Of a stretch of DNA of 64,000 nucleotides, positions 59,056 through 64,000 are shown in pieces. The stretch is from a virus. Made by a program: the position numbers and the translations under genes. The first letter of the stretch is position 1. Each line of letters starts with the position of its first letter. The stretch lies in the IMG/VR virus record IMGVR_UViG_3300032087_002755; one strand, 5' to 3'. The notes below the pieces were generated by a model that was given only the letters and a program-made list of their open reading frames with translations, was not told the DNA's origin and did not search any database.

Positions 59056-59949
59056 ATGCCAATGCAAATGGTAGTTGTCAAAACAAAAGACAACGGTGTT
59101 ACAGGAGAAGAAGTTAATCAATTCTTCAGAAGGACTCAACGTCAAAGAATATTGCGACCGAATGAAGACGGAATCGCATTATATAAATTTCATGTTTATA
59201 CAGACGACCCAACAGGAATAGAAGAAAGGGACGAGATTAATATTATACCTTTCTTTGCACGTGAGAGTGACGTTATTACGGATTCTGCATATCGTAAACT
59301 GGATTTATTTAATTTTTCCAATTTCGGTGAAGGAACCAAGACATGTATTGTTGACCCAAGGTTAGTGTTCAAAGACTTTTCACTCGCGGAACTTGCAAGT
59401 GGTATTCCCGACGCTGGTACAACCCACGAAACACACCATACCTTCACACCCGAAGAAACTCAAGAAATTGCAGATAATAAAACAACCTTTATTCAACAAG
59501 CACACGCATGGTGGGACGGAACACCAACAACCTATCACCATTCGTTACTCATGTTTGTCCAAGGGGGTTGGGAATGGTTATTAACAGAATTTGCAAAAGA
59601 CCCCGAAGGAATTCAAAGTACCTACCCTGGCGAGGAAGGATTTCAGACATGGTTAGAGACGTTATTAGAAGACCCTAGACTCAAAGAAATCCCTATTACC
59701 TATGGTGCATTAGCAGAATACACCCCACATGACAGGGTTAAAAATACCCTATTGAATGACGAATTCGAAACCAAAGTACGTGGTACATGGGGTGACAACT
59801 TCCGTATGGGTGGTGACGAGGAAGCACTATTGTTTGAATTTGACCATGAATATCGTGACTTATCCAAACACTGTTCTTTTTTATATTTGAATCAACCACA
59901 TGGGGAAGACGCACGTGAAGACGAGTGGTTAGACCTATGGATTTTATAA
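59056..59949 (+). CDS. Divergent glycosyltransferase-like protein
   Basis: FHVYTDDPTGI...KLDLF resembles phage GT-A proteins; no clear DxD. Confidence 0.45.
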   Translation: MPMQMVVVKTKDNGVTGEEVNQFFRRTQRQRILRPNEDGIALYKFHVYTDDPTGIEERDEINIIPFFARESDVITDSAYRKLDLFNFSNFGEGTKTCIVDPRLVFKDFSLAELASGIPDAGTTHETHHTFTPEETQEIADNKTTFIQQAHAWWDGTPTTYHHSLLMFVQGGWEWLLTEFAKDPEGIQSTYPGEEGFQTWLETLLEDPRLKEIPITYGALAEYTPHDRVKNTLLNDEFETKVRGTWGDNFRMGGDEEALLFEFDHEYRDLSKHCSFLYLNQPHGEDAREDEWLDLWIL

Positions 59950-60593
59950 AAGACCCACGTTTTTTATATAATATTCCACAATTTTTATCACCCAAAGATT
60001 GTGACCATATCCAAGAGTATATTCACTTCATAGAGGGGGATATACTCAAGGGTGTCGACCCCAAAGAAAACGACTACAGCGGGTTAACCAATAGACACGG
60101 TTCTTATAACTTCTTTGAACAAGTCGACAGAGACCTCGATATCCCACTACCCACACTCATACGAGACTTGGTCTATGACTTTTTCCCTAACGAAGACACT
60201 GACGAGATTTGGGTCAAGAGTTGGGCCAATAAACTCTATGAAGGTGAACACTTACCCTTACACTACCATGGTGTAGACTTCGAGACCGACCCACATACGT
60301 TTATCTCAGGCAACATATTCCTATCAAACAACAAATACGACTGGTACACACACTACGCGACCTACGGCAATATAATCAACGAACAAGGTACATTATCCCT
60401 TATCTCCAGCTATCTAGAACATGGTGTTCCCCATAACCCAGTCCCTTACCACAGATATTCCACTGCGTTTGACGTATGGTTCACAAAACCCGAAGACGAA
60501 GATATAACACATATGACCTATTGGAACAAACACGCGACCTTCGGTGGTAAGACACACTTTATCCAACCCAAAGACCTAAAGAATAATGAGTAA
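59937..60593 (+). CDS. 2OG-Fe(II) oxygenase
   Basis: WAN..HYH..SGNIFL..HGV..RYSTAFD. Confidence 0.8.
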   Translation: MDFIKDPRFLYNIPQFLSPKDCDHIQEYIHFIEGDILKGVDPKENDYSGLTNRHGSYNFFEQVDRDLDIPLPTLIRDLVYDFFPNEDTDEIWVKSWANKLYEGEHLPLHYHGVDFETDPHTFISGNIFLSNNKYDWYTHYATYGNIINEQGTLSLISSYLEHGVPHNPVPYHRYSTAFDVWFTKPEDEDITHMTYWNKHATFGGKTHFIQPKDLKNNE

Positions 60594-60810
60594 ATCCTCA
60601 CGTGCAATCCATAAAGAGACTGCGACCACGGTATTCACAGGGTTACTTATCAACTATCCACTGAATCTCATAGGGTTGTATATACTCATAGATAGACTCG
60701 AATGGTCTAATAGTCTACACATAGGGACTACAATCACTGCATATATGACCTTTATTGCGTATACACGGGTCTATATCATACGCAGATACTTCTCTAAAAC
60801 CACTCTGTAG
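60586..60810 (+). CDS. Small two-TM membrane protein
   Basis: Two hydrophobic helices, R.Y.IRR.F end. Confidence 0.65.
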   Translation: MSKSSRAIHKETATTVFTGLLINYPLNLIGLYILIDRLEWSNSLHIGTTITAYMTFIAYTRVYIIRRYFSKTTL

Positions 60811-60992
60811 GGGGTGTAGGAATATAATCTCAGAGCGTCTTAGGGCGTTCCGAATATAATTACACACTTTAACACACTTCTACACACAAAATAATGGTAT
60901 ATGGGAGTAATGTGAGAATAGTGAATAAATGGAGTTTGCTCGGTGTTGTTCGGGGAGCTTAAACACTTATTTAGTTGGGAGTCAAGAGCCTT

Positions 60993-61090
60993 GCGAACCC
61001 CTTTGCTGTAAGGGTTTCAGAGCATGTCTCTCAGCACGACCCCATATACCCCCTCCCCGCAAACCCAAGCACAGCAAGGGTTTCAGAGCA
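60993..61090. repeat. Two copies of GC-RAACCC-N11-GGGTTTCAGAGCA
   Basis: Units at 60993-61024 and 61059-61090. Confidence 0.8.
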
Positions 61091-61122
61091 CCTCAGAGAA
61101 ACCTTCTGAGCCATACTGAGAC

Positions 61123-61152
61123 TTGACAATGACCCTCACTTTTTGTTATACT
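61123..61152 (+). promoter_or_regulatory. Conserved early promoter, copy 6
   Basis: TTGACA-ATGACCCTCACTTTTTGT-TATACT. Confidence 0.85.
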
Positions 61153-61185
61153 ATGTCTATAATGAGGAAATACAAAGGAGACATT

Positions 61186-61281
61186 ATGAAGACATTAAAG
61201 AAACACGGACTACTGGACAAAGACTTCCTTCAAGGGATATCATTGTTCTTACTCCCTATAGTATTAAAGGTGATTATATAA
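61186..61281 (+). CDS. Small early membrane peptide (31 aa)
   Basis: AAGGAG SD; MKTLKKHGLLDKDFLQGISLFLLPIVLKVII. Confidence 0.55.
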   Translation: MKTLKKHGLLDKDFLQGISLFLLPIVLKVII

Positions 61282-61406
61282 TGTATGTGTTAACGATTAA
61301 TGGTATTGTCTATCTGTATGATAATGAGAAAGACGCTCGTAAAGCCTTTCATGAGTCCGTTGCAAAGAATGGTCTTGATAATGTAAAGGTGACGTATAAT
61401 GGTTGA
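61281..61406 (+). CDS. Small early protein (41 aa; shorter start than ORF track)
   Basis: TAATG coupling, AAGGTG SD. Confidence 0.5.
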   Translation: MYVLTINGIVYLYDNEKDARKAFHESVAKNGLDNVKVTYNG

Positions 61407-61644
61407 TTCATATAACCTAACAGACGCTAACTGTATCATGGGTAAGTATCTTGCAACAGAGTGTCCCATTACCATTCAATTAACTAAACAGGAAATGGAC
61501 TTAGCCACTATGAAGACTGGAGATATTAATGCTTCATGGTATTCTATGTGTTGCTTAGTCCTTAGGCGAACGGGTGTAGAGATAATCGATAATATACACA
61601 TTGATTACCTAGTGGTTAACGGAAATAAACGTAAATTCCACTAG
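61399..61644 (+). CDS. Hypothetical early protein
   Basis: AAGGTG SD, overlap with upstream ORF. Confidence 0.55.
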   Translation: MVDSYNLTDANCIMGKYLATECPITIQLTKQEMDLATMKTGDINASWYSMCCLVLRRTGVEIIDNIHIDYLVVNGNKRKFH

Positions 61645-61676
61645 ACACGAAGCCTGTTTTAGTGTATAATAGAGTT

Positions 61677-61780
61677 ATATCACGAGATTTGACTAGGGAG
61701 TTGTATCGTGGATTGCTTTGAGAGAAGTCCCTAGGGTTGACACCACCGAGACAGTCCAAGGGGGAATGAGAAAGCCCCCT
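61677..61780 (+). ncRNA. Candidate ~100-nt pseudoknotted ncRNA
   Basis: Promoter TAGACA-17-TATAAT (61642-61670); CACGA/TCGTG stem whose loop CTAGGGA pairs with TCCCTAG; 3' AGGGGG/CCCCCT hairpin. Confidence 0.5.
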
Positions 61781-61782
61781 AC

Positions 61783-61812
61783 TTGACAATGGGTGTCGAT
61801 AAATGTTATACT
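61783..61812 (+). promoter_or_regulatory. Conserved early promoter, copy 7 (divergent spacer)
   Basis: TTGACA-ATGGGTGTCGATAAATGT-TATACT. Confidence 0.75.
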
Positions 61813-62270
61813 ATGAGTATAATGGGATAACTCGGCTACGTTTCCTACGAGGGCCTGAGAGACGTTCTAAGACGTTCTTTGAGGGGGTCAGTGGTGAGAC
61901 ATATCTGAGCAGCTCTGAGAACCTTAGAACAGTGCTGTGGGACTCCTAGGGGTTTTGTTAGTCGACTCAACCCCCCCTCAAATAGTTAACGGAGAGTGTA
62001 TGCAAAGACTAATAAATTTTTTTCGGGGGTATTTTGACTCTCTCAGCTATTTTCGTATTATCCTCTATATAAGCCTGATTTGGTTTTTCACCTATACACT
62101 TATATGGGTTTATGTTATAATGACACTATGAATATAATAATTAATGAAATTACAAATTTGAACAATATCGGCCTTGCAATCATACTCAGTTTTATGCTGG
62201 TCTGTTGTTATGGGGTTTATTTAATACTCAATGACACTGAAGACTGAATATACACCGATATACTAGATTT

Positions 62271-62705
62271 ATGAAAACATGTACCAAATGCAATAAGACA
62301 AAACCTGCGACTACTGAGTTCTTTCCAACAAGAGAGAAAGGAAACTTACGTGCAGACTGTAAGCTTTGTTATAATGCTTATATGAGAAGTATGAACTATA
62401 AGTATGCAAAGTCACATATGATAAATGATGCAAAGATTCGTGCAAAAAAGAAAGGTTTAGAGTTTGATTTAAACCCAAAAGATGTTATTTGGCCTACACA
62501 TTGTCCTATACTGGGAATAAAACTTGAACACAATAGAGGTACTTCCAAGGATAACTCTTACACTATTGATAGAATAGATAACACTAGAGGTTATACCATA
62601 GACAATATACAGATTATATCTAAACTTGCAAACCAAATAAAAAATAGTGCAACTCCCGAACAAGTGTATACTGTAGGGAATTATATGATGGAAAACTATA
62701 CGTGA
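62271..62705 (+). CDS. Zn-finger His-Me (HNH-like) endonuclease
   Basis: CTKC..CKLC; CPILG..TIDRIDNTRGY..NIQIIS..AN..K. Confidence 0.75.
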   Translation: MKTCTKCNKTKPATTEFFPTREKGNLRADCKLCYNAYMRSMNYKYAKSHMINDAKIRAKKKGLEFDLNPKDVIWPTHCPILGIKLEHNRGTSKDNSYTIDRIDNTRGYTIDNIQIISKLANQIKNSATPEQVYTVGNYMMENYT

Positions 62706-63565
62706 GAGAGACACCGACATATACACCTGTAGACCTCGTAGAAGGTATTCACTTTAAACGTGAAGACCTCTATGCACCTTATGGGGATTCTTTTATCAGT
62801 GGTGGTAAGATACGTCAGTGTAGAGACCTAGTTGAGAGAAACTTAGATTATATTCGCACTGAGTGTGGTAATACTATCGCAACTGCAGCCTCTATACACA
62901 GTCCACAGTCCCCTATTGTTGCTAGAGTCGCACAAGAGTTTGATTTGAATTGCATTATAGGGTTTGGGAATACCACTGTCGAGAAGTCGTTAAAACAGAT
63001 TCCTATGCAGTGGTGTCATGAACTGGGTGCAGAACTCGTAGTCTTATCTGAATCCCAAGGGTTCAACAACGTATTATATTCGAACTTAAATAAATTAAAG
63101 GAGACTAGACCTTTCTTTCCCATACTCTTTGGGTATGCAGCTCAAACCCACCGTGAGAGTATTGTTGACCGTATCTCTGAACAGGTGCAGAACATACCTT
63201 CAAAATGCCGTGTCTTGTATGTACCAGTGGGGTCGGGTGTTACACTCGCAGGGGTCTTAGAAGGTCGTAGGAAGTATGGTGGGGACTTTGATATCGTAGG
63301 GTTACAACCGTTTGGGTATGACCGTGTCGGAACCGTGACGGGTATCTGCGAAGGTATGGTGCATGAATACGATTATGAGTTTCGTAAGGGTAATTATCCC
63401 TATGCAAAACTCCACCCTCGTAATGTGGGGTCTATCGAATTGGATATGATATATGAATCTAAGGCCTTTGACATGGTGGATTGGAAAAAGAACGGTCACG
63501 AGTGTTATTGGATTATCGGTAATACAAATAAATTAAGGAGAGGCTATAATGAGTCCAAAGTTTGA
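62702..63565 (+). CDS. PLP-dependent fold-type II enzyme (ACC deaminase/D-Cys desulfhydrase-like)
   Basis: FKREDL..GGKIRQ, SPQ, VPVGSGVT, LDMIYESKA, YWIIG. Confidence 0.8.
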   Translation: MRETPTYTPVDLVEGIHFKREDLYAPYGDSFISGGKIRQCRDLVERNLDYIRTECGNTIATAASIHSPQSPIVARVAQEFDLNCIIGFGNTTVEKSLKQIPMQWCHELGAELVVLSESQGFNNVLYSNLNKLKETRPFFPILFGYAAQTHRESIVDRISEQVQNIPSKCRVLYVPVGSGVTLAGVLEGRRKYGGDFDIVGLQPFGYDRVGTVTGICEGMVHEYDYEFRKGNYPYAKLHPRNVGSIELDMIYESKAFDMVDWKKNGHECYWIIGNTNKLRRGYNESKV

Positions 63566-63845
63566 CGAAAAAGAATTAAAAAACAGTAATAGAATATTTA
63601 AATCCTCGACACCTAAATACACTACAGATTGGTATGTCAAGTGGACTTCGAGTTTCTTCATATTAATCTCTATGAGTATGCGAGGTATCGAAGGTTTACA
63701 GTTTTTAGACCTTTGTTTCTCACTGATAGGTGTCACAGGTTGGTTAATTGTTGGGGTTTTATGGAAAGACCGTGCGTTAATCCTCCTTAACGGTGTCGGT
63801 GTCGCATTATTATTAAGAACATTATTACAAACATTATACTTATGA
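63549..63845 (+). CDS. Small three-TM membrane protein
   Basis: DWYVKW..WKDRALILLN. Confidence 0.65.
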   Translation: MSPKFDEKELKNSNRIFKSSTPKYTTDWYVKWTSSFFILISMSMRGIEGLQFLDLCFSLIGVTGWLIVGVLWKDRALILLNGVGVALLLRTLLQTLYL

Positions 63846-64000
63846 TAGAATTTATATTTGTTGATTTATTGACATTACCTTTTAATATATTCGTTTGGGT
63901 ACTCAAATACTTTGGCTCTTTGTTGTTTTGGGTTGCACTGGTGTCGTACCTATGGAGTGTTCGAAGTCAGCTAGGGGATTGGTTATCGGATAAGTTTACT

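Noticed and set aside
60929-61126. 65-aa ORF with repeated KGFRA
   Set aside because: The repeat is better explained by the DNA palindromic units, and the composition is atypical of this phage's proteins
3749-61152. Repeated ~30-bp sequence as CRISPR repeats or CRP sites
   Set aside because: Copies are dispersed and match -35/-10 promoter architecture; only a TCAC half-site is present, with no TGTGA partner at CRP spacing
61677-61760. HDV/theta or pistol ribozyme assignment
   Set aside because: No room for HDV P3/L3; pistol-conserved junction and cleavage-site context do not fit; kept only as an unclassified RNA candidate
393-63736. Minus-strand ORFs in the six-frame track
   Set aside because: Nearly all are antisense shadows of well-supported + strand genes or RNAs, with no recognisable motifs

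Overview
A 64-kb segment of a T4-like myophage genome, AT-rich, with essentially all genes on the + strand. The gene content resembles marine T4-like phages of heterotrophic Proteobacteria. Core replication genes: gp46 (partial), gp45, gp44, gp62, regA, gp43, uvsX, gp41, gp61, nrdA, nrdB and a glutaredoxin. Auxiliary genes: peptide deformylase, a CobS/VWA pair, Hsp20, AhpC, IscU, six 2OG-Fe(II) oxygenases, a DNA methyltransferase, a sulfotransferase and an outer-membrane beta-barrel. Lysis genes: a lysozyme and a spanin pair. There are four tRNA genes, with homing endonucleases among them. The most striking element is a late-promoter operon (12.1-19.25 kb) encoding CsgF, CsgG, two curlin-like beta-solenoid proteins, a FecR-domain protein and a CHASE2 adenylate cyclase. 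It looks like a phage-encoded curli-type secretion pore coupled to trans-envelope cAMP signalling. Other notable signals: (1) a block of probable capsid-packaged polyproteins, with an adjacent ligase-like KxDG protein and a nucleotidyltransferase-kinase fusion; (2) a ROSE RNA thermometer on hsp20; (3) a likely programmed -1 frameshift in a lipoprotein gene; (4) two unannotated structured ncRNA candidates; (5) a conserved early-promoter family and several leaderless mRNAs; (6) GATC avoidance; (7) a repeat-rich ~61-kb region where GC skew inverts (candidate origin). All calls come from reading motifs by eye; no searches were run.
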